Shown: one piece after another, positions 11,592 through 24,498 of the stretch
How the letters are laid out: every line of letters starts with the position of its first letter
Numbering within the stretch: position 1 is the first letter of the stretch
NCBI RefSeq assembly: GCF_018350175.1
Contig: NC_058368.1
Location: 69,752,001 to 69,816,000 of the forward strand
DNA: 64,000 bases
Direction of reading: 5' to 3'
DNA from: Felis catus
Lineage: Eukaryota
Position numbers and translations under genes: made by a program
The notes under the pieces: generated by a model
Database searches by the model: none
Seen by the model: only the letters and a program-made list of their open reading frames with translations
Told to the model about the DNA's origin: nothing

Positions 11592-13590
11592 GACCCTTGC
11601 AGGATACAGTACCTGTGCTTAACACGCCCTGCAGTACTCTCCCCGTTTATTGCCATGTTTTATAGCAGAAATATAGAAGCCATATTTTTTTAAGGAAATA
11701 TAAAAATGTTTATAAACGGACCACGTTTTGCCAAAAGCAAGGTACAAATGCCACATGAAGAACGAACTAGACACTTCACAAGACTAACTGGACAACAAAA
11801 CTGTTGGATTCAGGTGTGTGGCATGTGGTTACATCGAGATAGTCGCGGCTACCTTGCTTATTAGCGCGGCCAGCAGGGACACAGAAAAGACGATTTCGAG
11901 AAGGCGTAAAAACCCAGCCGGACACAGCCCACTGCCTGTTTCCAAAAGGCAGCCGCTGGGTTCCACGCAGACCTCTCCCACGCTGGGCGCGCCGCGGCCG
12001 TCTACAGTCTGTAAGTGGACAAGCTGTGGCCACAGGGCCTTGGCATCAACAGGCCTCCAAGAGCTAGCAAATCCATCCTGGACGCTGGGCTCGAGGGTCT
12101 AATGGGCAGCAGAGGTGATGTTGTCTGAGCCGAGTTCCACTGCAGCTCCGGTCCCTGGTCCTACAAAGACTGAAGTGGCTCTGCCAGCGCCGGCCTCCCC
12201 CGCTCACGAGGCCCTTGAGGGGGCACAGGTCCCACATGCCCTCAGAGGCACAGACCTCAGCTTGTGTGTGCACAGAAAGCAGCCAGCCAGAACGTGGGGA
12301 AGAGAGCCACTTTTCACACCCTCCCAAACCCCATCTCCCCCCAGAAGCTCAATCAACAGAAGACACTTAAGGTCTGAAAGACTAATCTTTGCCTGGGAGA
12401 CGGCTCGGTGTGTTACGGTCTAGCGACTGGAACACGTGCTGACCCTTCACACCGATTCGCTTCACTGGAATAATCCAGTCTCCCAGTCAGCAGGACCACC
12501 GCTTCTATCTGAGACTGGCTTTGCATGTGATCTTGAGGTCACTGTCCACCTGCAAAGTGAACTCTAAATCAGAAAGCTGCCGTCTGCACCGGCTGGCTGA
12601 CGATCAGACAAGCCGCCCACTCCGGGGGAACACCACTTCGCTGCTTTGAGCGCTTCTCCCGCGGTGGACAAAACGGATCTTTGGCTTATGCCTCACATAG
12701 GGAAACAAACTGTTCGCTCGTACAAAACATTATGTTGAAACACGGAATGAAACATTCTCAAGTCCTGTCACCCAAGTTAATATTCCTGATGCAGAAACCC
12801 ACAGAGTCAGCAATTCATTCAGTTCTATTCCCCCCACCAAAATGCATCCCTCGTAGAAATCAATCATTCCATTTCTAATTAAGAAATCATGATTTAATTT
12901 TAGACTCTGAAATCTACACTCCATCAGCACATCTAGACAAGCGGCACACGCCCAAACGTTTCCGGCCCAGGGCCTCCGCTCTCCCCTGGAACTTCCAGGC
13001 CGCTGTGTCGGCACCTACCAGACCTTCCATCCCAAAGTTTACCCGGTACCTTCCTTGCTCCCAAAATCCTGTCTTCCCCTTGGAGAAGTGCTACACCAGC
13101 AAGAGAGGACAACGATTTGTATCAACAAATGCAGAACATTACCACATGCACCTGGTCAAGTATTACTGCAGGAACTCGATGTCCCATCCCAGAGACCCAG
13201 AAATTTTTCCTCCTGCCTCCCACCTTGACAAAGCCAGGTCCTGCCACAAGCCCAGAAAAATACGGACCCCTCTGGCTGACAAAGAGCAGACCCGGGCTCC
13301 CTGAAGAGAACAAAACAACCCTTAAGGTCCCTGGGAAGAGAGAGCGATTTGACAACGAGCAATATTTAGCTCTACCTTCTCAATGACCAATCTTTTCTGA
13401 ACGGTGCAGAGGGAGCAGACCTGGACATGCGGCAGGTTCACGGTGGGCTCTTCTTTCTGGAAGTGCTGAAATGTCTCACCCTCTTCACACACGCTCACAC
13501 ACACACACTCACACACCTCCACGACAGGTGTACTGCCCTCTGAAGAGTCACGTTTCAAGAGTCACACTGCAGAACAAGTGCGTTATAAAA

Positions 13591-13596
13591 TTTATT
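13591..13596 (-). terminator. STK24: Probable proximal STK24 poly(A) signal
   Basis: tttatt on +, about 1 kb past the stop; GU-rich tract downstream on - (13487-13515). Confidence 0.6.
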
Positions 13597-14578
13597 CGTG
13601 TAAGCATTCAGACACTTGTAGGTGGGCAGGATGATACGCGGGTTTCACAAGGAGCGACAGGAGATCCTACCAGAAAGGACGGTGCAGCGGGCGCGGGGCT
13701 GGCAGTGGCACAATTTCAAACAAATGTTAAGACGAGAGCACTTCATCGGGGAGCAACTTAAAATAATTAAAGCTTCATGAGGCCAGATATGTTCCGATTT
13801 AAAACACTAAGAAATAGTACCATCAAATGAAAGGAAATCAACCTCTACGGGGACCAAGAGGGCCTTTGGGCAGACGAGAGGGCGGTGTGCATGTGTGGAG
13901 GTACAAAGAGTGTTCGCAGGAGGGGTGCTTATTATCATTAATGACAAACCCTGCAGATACAAAAGAAAACCCAAATCACTGATCACATAATTCAAAATTT
14001 ACATGTAATAAAGGCAAGGCAAGAGACTCGAGTTACGGCCTGTCAAATATTTACTCCACTGACATTATCTACAGAAGCACTCGGCCAATTTGTACACGGG
14101 GACTCCTGACACACGCCAGAAGGGTTTCCGTAAAAACGACACTATATACAATCTGTACACTGACCCACCAGAGCGATTCCCCATCTCCCGGGGAGGGGAG
14201 TGATCAACTTAAAGCAGGATACCTGAGGTTTCATTTCGGATGTGGCCTTATCGTGATCCCACATATACATTTCAGGGCCTGTTTTTGTTTTTAAAGACAC
14301 TTTCCTTGATATGTGCACACTGGCTAAAATTAAAAACAAGAACCATAAAGTAAAATGATCGCTTGAAGGAGCCGACCTGACCCACCCCCCGGAGACTTCA
14401 CGCGGTGCAGGCCGGGAGAAAGGGCGGCGCGGGGCCCCAGGACGGGCGGCTCGGGGTGGGGGGACGGCCCCCGGATGGCGCACCACTGCAGCCGAGTCAG
14501 CAAAGGCTCTCGTTGACTTTGTACGAGGAGGATGAAGAGGAAAAAAAGAAAAACAAAACCCCAAATGCCAAAGGAATT

Positions 14579-14615
14579 TCAGTGGGATGAAGTTCCTCCA
14601 CCACTTAGAGAATAT
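14579..14615 (-). CDS. STK24: STK24 last coding exon: (R)YSLSGGGTSSH*
   Basis: Long pyrimidine tract ending 'ccccctctag|'; TGA at 14581-14579; MST3 C-terminus. Confidence 0.95.
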
Positions 14616-15232
14616 CTAGAGGGGGAGAAAAAAAAAAAGAGAAACAGAAGTGAATGTCATTTCTGTAACCTCCGTGCAAAAATCCAAAACCACCACCCAA
14701 ATCCTACTTTTGCTGGGCAAGCCCAAGTCATAAAAAAAAATTAGGCAAATATCAGCGGGTTAATCACTAAACAATGCATAAAAACTAAGAAAACTGCGAT
14801 TTCGACACAACTTTTCACAGGTTAAATTCAGTTCATGGAAGAACTGAAAGTCTATAACGGAAAGTGAGAACACGTTCGGTCTCCCAGGGGGGAAAGAACT
14901 GAAGAACAGAACAATAAATGGCGTGGCTTCACTTACAGTCCATTTTTTAAAATTAAGGAATCAGTAAAACCCGAACACATACACATGGCTGGATTACAGA
15001 TGGGCACAAGAAAACCCGTTTTGGCCACAAAAATATCGATGCTCGTTCAAGTAATCCACTTCCTAGAACTGTTTCAGAAATGGGGTCCAAAGAAGGAGCC
15101 GTGTATTTTGCACAAAGATGCCTCTTAGATTCTTTGTAATTGTAAAACAGGGAACAACTTTGATGTCCAACTGTAGAGAAATGGTTAGACAAACTAACTG
15201 AATTTTTAAACAGATTAAAAATTGTAATTATA

Positions 15233-15395
15233 GGGGTGCCTGCAACTTTGGCTCAAGTCATGATCTCGTAGTTCATGGGTTCGGGCCCCGCGTCGGGCTC
15301 TGACAGCTCAGAGCCTGGAACCTGCTTCGGATTCTGTGTCTCCCTCTCTCTCTGCCCCTCCCCTGCTCTCTCTCTCTCTAAAATAAACATTAAAA
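15233..15395 (+). mobile_element. CAN-SINE
   Basis: 'ggggtgcctg...ggctcaagtcatgatctc', CT tract, 'aaaataaacattaaaaa'. Confidence 0.85.
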
Positions 15396-16373
15396 ACACT
15401 TTTTTAAATTAAAAAAATTGTACTTATATTTAGCAACATGAGAAATACACACAAATGTGTACATAAAATTATACAGGCAGTACACATGTATAGTTTCACA
15501 TGCACAATTTATTCTAAATACTACAGAATATCAAAAACTTATATGTGCACTAATTTGGAGACATGTAAAAAGTTGGGTAAATTTATGATCTGTATAGAAC
15601 GATGGAAGCCAATGAACAAAACTGATATTCCTAACTGGGCTGCACTGGTGGGGTCACGGCACTTTCTTCTGGTTTCTGTTAGTTCTGCAGTACTATCTTG
15701 CTCTGGAATAAAAACAAAAAAGGAGCGGGGTCCTCTTATGGCCAAGATCCCCTCGGCTACCTCAGAACAGAGCCCAAGTCACAGGAGAGGGCTGAGGACC
15801 TGTTCAATGGAGAGAATGTCAAACATTCCAACCTCTGGCTCCTCTTTTAAGGCATTAAAATACTTGGCACCCTCCCAGAGAAAGGATCACGGAAGACCTT
15901 CTTGAAAAGCAGGCTCCAGCCACAGATCCTAAAACTCATTTTCCAAGAAATATAAACGCCTAAGCCATGGGAGGAGTTGATGCCATGCAAAAAGAGCCAC
16001 GCGTTAATTCAAATTAAGACACAGAAGTCTCTGAAATGCTTTAGACAAAAATCGTTTGTTTTTTGAGGTGATCCACTGAGGGACCGCCTTTATGGAGCTA
16101 AACGGGAACGAGGCAGCAGCAGTGGCCACTGTGGCATGGTGGCATGTGGGTGGGGAACACACAGGAAGAGCTCGGGGGGGCCTCCAAGGAGTGAACGGAC
16201 AGCACCTGCTAATAAGCCTGTGGGGACCCAGCTAAGAGCCCCCCAGGAGCAGGGTCCTCTGCTGGTTGCAGAGGAGAGCGTGTCTGCACATGACAAAGGA
16301 AAGGAAAACAAGACAGAATGGTCTGGAGGCCAGAAGAAAGAACGTGGACTAGTGTTTGGCGAGTACAAATTTA

Positions 16374-16599
16374 TTTTTTTTTAATTTTTTTTTTTTAACA
16401 TTTATTTATTTTTGAGACAGAGAGAGACAGAGCATGAACGGGGGAGGGTCAGAGAGAGAGGGAGACACAGAATCCGAAACAGGCTCCAGGCTCTGAGCTG
16501 ACAGCACAGAGCCCGACGTGGGGCTCGAACTCACGGACCGCGAGATCATGACCTGAGCCGAAGTCGGACGCTCAACCGACTGAGCCACCCAGGCGCCCC
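16374..16599 (-). mobile_element. CAN-SINE (SINEC_Fc, young)
   Basis: Full length; perfect TSD gagtacaaattta at 16361-16373 and 16602-16614. Confidence 0.95.
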
Positions 16600-16654
16600 G
16601 TGAGTACAAATTTAAACATGATGTGGACAGCGGCAATCACATCTGACTTACAGA

Positions 16655-16950
16655 TGCTCAACGCTCACTCCAGCGGCGGCCGAGACCCCAAAATGCGGCC
16701 AGTTCACACTGAGACGTGCTATGAAGCGTAAAACACACCAGACTGCAAAGACCTGGTAAAAAGCAAGTACGAAACGCCTCCCCGGTAACAGTGTGCACCG
16801 ACCACGTGTCGAGAAAGATGTGGCAAGCGGTGAGTTAAAAAATCTATTATTACAACTAACTTTACCTGCTCCGCTCTTCCGGTTTTCTCATGAGGTAACT
16901 AGAAAGCCTGAAGCTCTGTGCGTGGCTCACACTGTCTACTGGAGAGCACG
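16655..16950 (+). mobile_element. MER33-like hAT-Charlie element, GC-shifted
   Basis: 'tgagacgtgctatgaagcgtaaaacacaccagactgcaaagacctggta' and 'aactagaaagcctgaa...gtggctcacactgtctactggagagcac' follow recalled MER33. Confidence 0.65.
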
Positions 16951-17894
16951 GGTGGAGACCCCTGGGTCCACAGTGCCAAGGACGGAGCAGAGAGATCAAC
17001 AAAAAATGCACAGGCCACACCCCCGTGTCCCGGAGCCTCGGGGAAATCGGGTCCCGTGCGGGCATTCCTGCTAAGCATCTCAGGCAGTTTGAGACAACGT
17101 GGAAAAGAGTCCTCAAAGGGACACTAGGAAAGCAGCAAACCAAACCAAGCACAGAACCACCAGAACCAGCCACGTGATTGTACGGTTCCTTTTAACAGGA
17201 ATTTTCAAAACACAACTAGAATGGGGAGCGAAGGGAGTCCAAACTGCTCCGAGAAATGAGAAAAGTGGCCATTAAGTTACGATGAAGGAACAGGGGGCAG
17301 CCGAGGAGCTGAGAAGGGTTGTCTCACGACCAACAGCCGGTGAGCCCTCTAACAATGCCACAGGACCGTCTCTGCACGTGCACGCGGGACGGCACACGCA
17401 GACCTGTCAGCCCCTGTGCGGCTGAGCGGACGGGTGACTGCAGCTCTCTCTTCCTTTATGCCTCAGATTTGTTCCTGTCAACAGCGGGGAGGGGGGTAAA
17501 CCCGAACGCGTAACGGAGTCCTTCCAGCCTCAGAATAGGCAGCGGCCACGTAAACGGGCCTCATTCTCCAGCAGCCCTCGAGCACCGGCTCGGAAGGCCA
17601 GACACCTTCTACAAAGGAGCCTGTGGCCGCGGGGACAAACCTGCAGGGAGGAGCGAGGCCGGGCCCCTACGTCCCCCTTCACCAGGGCTCGGCCCCTGCC
17701 AGAGGGCAGCCCCTTCGGCCATCACTTCCAAGTGGCAAAAGGATCCCAACGTGCCCCCAGCTTCCTTATGTGTTGTCAAGGCAGCCTCTCCGGAAAGAGC
17801 TGAAATGTTCCTCACTGTCACTGAGGCTCGGCCTTGCTCTGGAAGGGGCTCAGGAGCCTGGACAATTCACAATTCACCTGGAAGGTATTTTGTT

Positions 17895-18103
17895 TTCCTT
17901 TTTAAATTTTTTAAATGTTTGTTTACTTTTGAGAGCGAGCGACCGACTGCAAGTGGGGGAGGGGCGGGGGGGGGGCAGAGGATCCGAAGTAGGCTATGCA
18001 CTGACAGCAGAGAGCCCGATGTGGGGGCTCGAACCCACGAGCCATGAGATCATGACCTGAGCCAAAGTCAGACGCTTAAGCAACTGAGCCACCCAGGTGC
18101 CCC
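17895..18103 (-). mobile_element. CAN-SINE
   Basis: T-rich tail; 'gagatcatgacctgagccaaagtcagacgcttaagcaactgagccacccaggtgcccc'. Confidence 0.9.
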
Positions 18104-18851
18104 AAAGGAGGTGAATTTCAAAGCCATGACGTGGCTGGCTTTTGGGAGAGTGGCAAAGGTTTGGGGGTGCAGAGCAGAGCCTGGGTCACAGCACACCTCT
18201 CCACTCTCTCCAACCCCCCCAAATGACTGCCCTTCGGCGGGAGTGACATCGAAGCGACCTTCACAAGGAGGCCATCGCAAGTCTGAGAGTGGGTGGGGAA
18301 GCCCAGGCCGTCCCCCCCCACCCCCACCCCAGGGCCACAGGCAGGGCAGAGCACACCTGCTGACACAGCAGGGCTCCCGGGCACCAGGCAGGGGGGAGAA
18401 GTGGCCTAGGCACCCGAGGAAGCGAACACGCCCATGTCCTAACTCACCGAGCCCCAACTTCTAGCACCGTGGGCCTGACTTTGAAAGCAGAAAACCAAGC
18501 ACGTTACAAACACGTGGGTAAGGAGCACACCTCTCTGGTGGAGGGTCAGGCTGCCTCACTAGGAGCAGACAGGGGCCTTTCAAAGGCACTGGGCATTTAC
18601 GTGGCAAGAGCTACAGTCTCACAAAGTCTGTGGTCCTTCCAGATTCCTATCATTCTTTTACAGTGATTGAGTTCTAGAACTCAGAACTTTCTGAAACTTG
18701 ATTCTGTTTCAACCGTGTGGCGGGAAGCTAACAGCACCCGACCGGGACCGAAGCGCCCCAGGGACAGAGAGGGCTGACCAGCAGTCCCTTGGAAGGGCAG
18801 AGACAGCCACGGGGCAGACACAGCAGGGCCCTCCTCCCTGGACGCAGTTAC

Positions 18852-18988
18852 CTCTGCAGCCGCTGGACGAGCTGGGCCACCATGGTGTCCGAGATCCCAG
18901 GGCAGGCCTCTTCCGCCAGGTAGATGGCCCCGCGCAGTTCCTCTATGGGCCCCGTGTTCCCGCCACACGACTGGCTCTTCTCCTTCAA
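18852..18988 (-). CDS. STK24: STK24 exon 10: LKEKSQSCGGNTGPIEELRGAIYLAEEACPGISDTMVAQLVQRLQ(R)
   Basis: tttccag| ... |gtaact; 137 nt, phase 0/2; GCKIII C-terminal (PDCD10-binding) region. Confidence 0.96.
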
Positions 18989-21569
18989 CTGGAAACACAC
19001 AAAGAGCAGCATGACCCACATGGGCACGGGGATCGCCGAGCGCCTCCTATACAGGGTTACACGACGTGCCAGCCCAGACCGCTGCCCACTTCCGTTCCTT
19101 TCCAGGAACAGCTCCGTGACAGCACTCTGTACAGGAAGGGCAGGAGTCAGACGTACGTCACCACCTCCGCTAGCGAGGAACAGAGACAGCTAGCCTTCTG
19201 TGCGTCTTTTCAAGATCTGATCGAGGCATCCGTCCCTCTGCTCGTTCCACTTCGACCTTAATCTACCAGAAAAGCAATCCCAAAGTCGCTCAGCTCTGGC
19301 TTCCACAGCAAAGCTGCAGCGTGCACTGTGGCTTAGATCCTGGTGGTAAGGGGCTGGCTCTGAAGGCTCCAGCAAATGGCCTTTCTGGACCCGGGGGCTG
19401 TCAAAACATTCTCCTTCGTGCAACCAACTGGCACCCCTAAATTCTGGGAAGCTGGCGTCCCTATCGGCCCCGCTGCCCCCATAAGAAATCACGACGGTGT
19501 CCTCAGCACCGCCTCACGTGAGGCTGATGACTCGTAAGCCCTCTCTGGGATGGATGCGACCAAGACGTGTCCCGTGACAGGGAAAGCTGTTCCAGCACCA
19601 GGCAGCAGGTGCACGGCTGAGCCTCTCCAAACAAGAGCCGCCTCCTCGATTTCACCTTTAGGAAATCATTCACCTTTAGTTTCGGCTTTCAAGCTGCTGG
19701 GAACACATCACTCCCGGCACCAACCCCATCCTGACCACATTTTCCACGGCTGAAGGGACACACGAGGGAACCGGAAGCCGTGGTGTTGGAGGGGCCGCGG
19801 GAGGGGGTTCGTTCGCTGGGCTCCTGCTGGTCACAGACTGTGGTGCAGCAGGCCCGGAGGTGGCCACCTGTGTCTGTCTAGGACTCCCCATCACTTAACA
19901 ACCACAGAGAACAGCATTTACAAGTCCTGAGTGCATAACCTCTGCCTTCCCCTGTTTCCCACTCGGTTTTCCTCCCTTGCTTGATCAGCCCCCGACCAGA
20001 GTGAGCCACCTGCACCCACTGATGTCAGGAACACGCGCATCCGCAGACACGGGGTTGAGGAGTTTTGGAGTATGATGTAAAATGACACACACTGAACACT
20101 TCAAACATGTGGTTACCGAGTACTACTAATAAAAACAAAGAAAAGACACCTGTGACTTTACCTTCAGGCTAGCAGGAAAAAAAATCAAAATCAAAGCAGT
20201 ATTCCACTTAGGATTAATTCATTAATTCCAAATAATGATTCCAGAACAGTTTCTTCATATGCCCCACGAAAAATACATGGCTTCAGACAAACAGGAAATA
20301 CCTATGCCATTTCCCCAAACTGCCTGACGCTGGTGGAGCGCCAATGGCAAGATCACAGGGGAGCAAGGGAACATCCAGAAAGCCTGAAGGACCACTCTCC
20401 CAAACTACACAATAATGAGCAGGATGGTGTCTTATGGACAGAAGAGGAAGAGTGCAGGTACCCAGAAAAATCAGCCAGGACGAGAGCCAAAGAGGGACAC
20501 AGAGAGGCCTCCACCTGCCCTGTGGGAAACCTGTGCGTTCAGTGGTTTCAATTCCACACTCCAGGCTCCAGCATGGCCCCTCAGGCAAGTTCGAGAGGGC
20601 AGACCCTGGGCAGGGGACGGACTAGGAGCTGGACGAAGCCAACCCGGACACCGGCGGGGGGGGGGGCAGACCTTGCCAAGGGGGAGTCACTGTGTGACTG
20701 AGGTTCAGGCCAAGTGGAGAGAGCAGGGCAGGGAGCCTGTGTGCATGGAGGCTCCCCTGGGGAGCTCTGAATCACCACACAGAAGGTACTAGAGTGCGAC
20801 TCGTTCTGAATTATCTTACAGGCAGCCGGGGGGGGTGGGTGGGGGGGGGGCTCAAAAAAAAAAAAAAAAAGGACAGGGAGATCTCCAACTTTATTTTCAA
20901 ATCACCTACTAACTGGATGAAGAATAATCTTCAGTTTCAAAATCTATTGTTGAGAACATCTCAAAATGCCACATACATATAGGTACCTACAGGAGTCAGG
21001 GGTGGGGGTGTGGGGGGCTCCCCGGGAAAGGAACGAGGAAGCAGCACATGGGTGTAGTCCCAGAACGAAGGAGGGACAGGGGCTGCTCACTGGGGACACT
21101 GGTGGCCTGCTGGGTTAAGTGACTACAGGAGGATCCCAGTGAAATATGGGGGCACTCTGGGACAACTAAGGTCTCCAGGGAATCCAATTTCTCCTTTCAA
21201 ATAAAATTCTACTTTTTACATCGCCATACACTTGTCTGCGGCAAAGCACCCACGCTACAGCCAAACAGATTTTGTAGAAGGCAGTATAACTGAGGCTGAA
21301 AATCACCCTGGTCACACAGAGACTTGGGCTGGGCCAGGACACTTGAGGTGACATCACAGGGATGTTTCCCAGGAGGGGTGCCGGGAAGGTCATGCCCAAT
21401 CCCACCCGGCCTCAGGGGACCACGGTGCAGACTCTCCTCCTGCTTGTGCCAACTTCTTCTAACCTCCCAAATGCTATGGGCAACATGTCACAGAAAGAGG
21501 ACCCTGCTCCCCACTACCTCCCCCGCCACATCCCCCCCCCCCCCCGCCAAAGTCAACTGGGGATCTTAC

Positions 21570-21638
21570 CTCTGCAAACAGAGGAGAAATAATTGTAGAT
21601 AAACACTGAGAGAAAGGCCTCTTTGGGATGTCTTTCAT
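21570..21638 (-). CDS. STK24: STK24 exon 9: MKDIPKRPFSQCLSTIISPLFAE
   Basis: ccctaag| ... |gtaaga; 69 nt. Confidence 0.95.
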
Positions 21639-22456
21639 CTTAGGGAAGAAAGAAAAGGTAATCAGAGGGAAGTATTCATACTGCAACAATACATTCATAC
21701 TGCAACAATTCAAACTGTAGACTTCAGACATGCATCACATCAAATCTGAAATGCTGTCTGTTTGCAGGGATACCCAATGGGTCTGTCTTGCTGTCTTTCA
21801 CTAAACTACAATGTTTCATTTGCAGCAATGCGCAACAAGCATGCAGCTGGGGAAGCCAGGGTCCGGATTCCAAATGGAAAGACCCACGAGGTCCCAAAAG
21901 TGGCATCTGTATTCCAACACTGTGCTACCTACGTAGTGGGACTTGACTACAGAAACCAGAACCGAAGCTGACTGTTGCCAAGTGACTGTTGTAGGACAGC
22001 GGCCTACTTTCTACTTTTGCAACCTCTATAATAACTCCTATCTGCTTATCAAAGCCAGACTTATAGGATCACCAGGGGGCAGCCACTGGTCTACACTGCC
22101 GGAGAGGGACTACGCCACCGTGCTGTAAAAAGATTTTAAAAATACAGTTTTTCATAAACTTAAATAGGCATAAAACCAATTAATCAAAATAAGGTTTTAT
22201 ATATGTACCAAAAGCACTACATTTGTTTTTAAGATCTTAAACAAAAACTTCATCCCAAAATTCTGGTACCTTTTATGAGTAACCCCAATACACAAAGCAA
22301 TACCCTGACCCCTGCTAATGTGCAAGCGTCAGGAAACGGATTCCACGGTGGTGGTGCAGGGCTGGGGGTGGGGTGGGGTGGGGAGACAGCAGCAGCCTCT
22401 GCAGAGCAGACCTGAGGCCAGATTCTCAGGTCTGACTCTCTGCGTCATGAGACAAT

Positions 22457-22755
22457 CTTTTTCTTTTTTTTTCTTTTGTTTTTTAATTTAAATTCAAATT
22501 AGTTAACATACAGTGCAATCCTGGCTTCAGGAGTAGAACCCAGTGACTTGTCACTTCCATATAATACCCAGCGCTCATTCCAACAAGTGCTAACCCCCCG
22601 ACCCACGTCCCCTCCAGCAATCCTCAGTTTGTTCTCTATATTTAAGGGTCTCTTGCTGCTTGCCACCCTCTCAGTTTTTATCTTTTCCTTCCCTTCCCCT
22701 ATGTTCACCTGTTGTGTTTCTCAAATTCCACATAGGAGTGAAATCATAGGATACC
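22457..22755 (-). mobile_element. 5'-truncated carnivore L1 3' end
   Basis: Poly(T) then 'ttagttaacatacagtgca...ttcaggagtagaacccagtga...cttcccttcccctatgttca...tctcaaattccacata'. Confidence 0.85.
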
Positions 22756-22900
22756 AGACAACATAACCTCTTATCTGTCAATTCAGGGACAGCGAAATTC
22801 CAAAAAAGCCTGCCCAGTAAAGGAGCAGGCTCCACACAAAAGGGACTCAGGACCACCACTGGCTGAGGACGACAGGTGTTAGTCGCTGAGCCAACGTTAC

Positions 22901-23030
22901 CTTATTCCTTTCTAAGTCTGAAGGCTGAAGGGCTCCATTCTCAAGATTCTTTGGATCTTTCTCCCGGATAGTGAAGATCCAGTCCCCAGAGTCGCTGCCT
23001 CCAGACGCCTGGCTGTCAGTATCTGTTTCC
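22901..23030 (-). CDS. STK24: STK24 exon 8: (T)ETDTDSQASGGSDSGDWIFTIREKDPKNLENGALQPSDLERNK
   Basis: ctacaaag| ... |gtaacg; 130 nt, phase 2/0; contains the WIF (MO25-binding) motif. Confidence 0.94.
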
Positions 23031-24498
23031 CTTTGTAGAGAAATGCAGGCCAACTCCGTGAGCCAGCGCACGGCTCCGTCCCAAGGAGACCCACGCTCTC
23101 CTGCCCCAACCGAGCACTGGGTACTGCCCAGCCACCCCCCGGACTCCACCCCTACCTTCCATCTCCACTCTCCACCACCACACCCCCCTGACCCTTTCAG
23201 AAGAGGACCTTGCCTCCTGCCTCAGAGAAAAGGAGAGACCATCAGACTGAGGCTCCCATAACTTCCCACAGTGCCGGCCGCACCCACACTTTCCATCCCG
23301 CCTCCCGAAAGGGAGAGGCGGCGACAACCCCTCTCCCGGAGGGCACTTTTCTCCTCTTGGTCTCCCTTCCCATGAACAACAAGTAGCCAGGCCTGTGGCT
23401 CCCTCAACACACCCGCCCCTCGAGCTGCGGCCATGTCTCAGTCTGAATTCTTGGATGTGTTACCTACACTCACTGCCTCCATTCCTTACATTCTACTCAC
23501 GCCAGAACCAACCTCGCCCCTGCACTGATGCCCAAGGCCACTGATGCCCAGCACACCACTGGACAAGGGGGTTACTGCTCAGTCCTTCACCTGCTTGAGC
23601 CCTGAGCCTCAATGTTCCTGCTCATCACCCTTCCCCCTCCAGGCTCTTTGCACCCAGATCGCCCCTGACCCGGGTCATCCACAGGGTCGTCCTCTACACT
23701 AGGTGCTTCCCAGCACTCGGCCCTAGGCCTCCAGTCCTTCGCACTCTGCAGATGGAATCTGGGCAGCACCATTCACTTTTGTAGCTCCAATGACCATTTA
23801 GAGCGTGATGACTTAAAATCCATGACCCTCGCCTACACGCCTCCTGAGCCTGGATGCCATTCTACACTGGACACATCCTCTTGGATGTCTTATCAGTGAC
23901 TCACAGCCTGTATTCAGGACACTGTCCTAACGGCCCCCACGTTCACGTCAGAGCAGGTGGTCTAGCTTCCCCCGACACCTCGTTCGTGTCTTCAGCTAAC
24001 GGAATCCCAACAGGCTTAACTTGATGCCAGTTTTTAGTAAGCAGCTTCCCACAGAGCTTGTACAACCCAAGTGTCTACCACAATACAACACGAGACCGTA
24101 AAAACATACGTTTCTTTTAAAAAATACTTTTAAGGCAGTTTGATCAATATTTTTAACAGCAGGAAGAAGAAAAGGAGAAGGAGGCCAGTTCTAGTCCTTT
24201 AAGAGCAATTCCGCCATACAGATTTTTCCTGGACAGACTCCACTGGCAACAAAAAGAGGCTAATAGGCTCCCAAACTGTCCCGCGCAAAGAATCCCCACC
24301 AAGCCGGATTATCTAAAGACATACCGAATTCACAAGCAAAGGCAGTAACAACCACTCCCCACCCCCCACAACACCCAAACAAGAGACAAGAACACACACG
24401 AACGTGACGCGTGCCCAGGGCTCACAGGCACCCCCCACCCCCACAGCCCACAGGAGCCCGGCTCACGTGCACCCTACAATCCGGGGGAGCCGACTCAC

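Larger units (their letters stand above)
11570..14578 (-). other. STK24: STK24 3'UTR (long form; end approximate)
   Basis: Follows the stop at 14579; no recognisable interspersed repeats; minus-strand AATAAA at 13591, 11646 and 11586. Confidence 0.65.
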
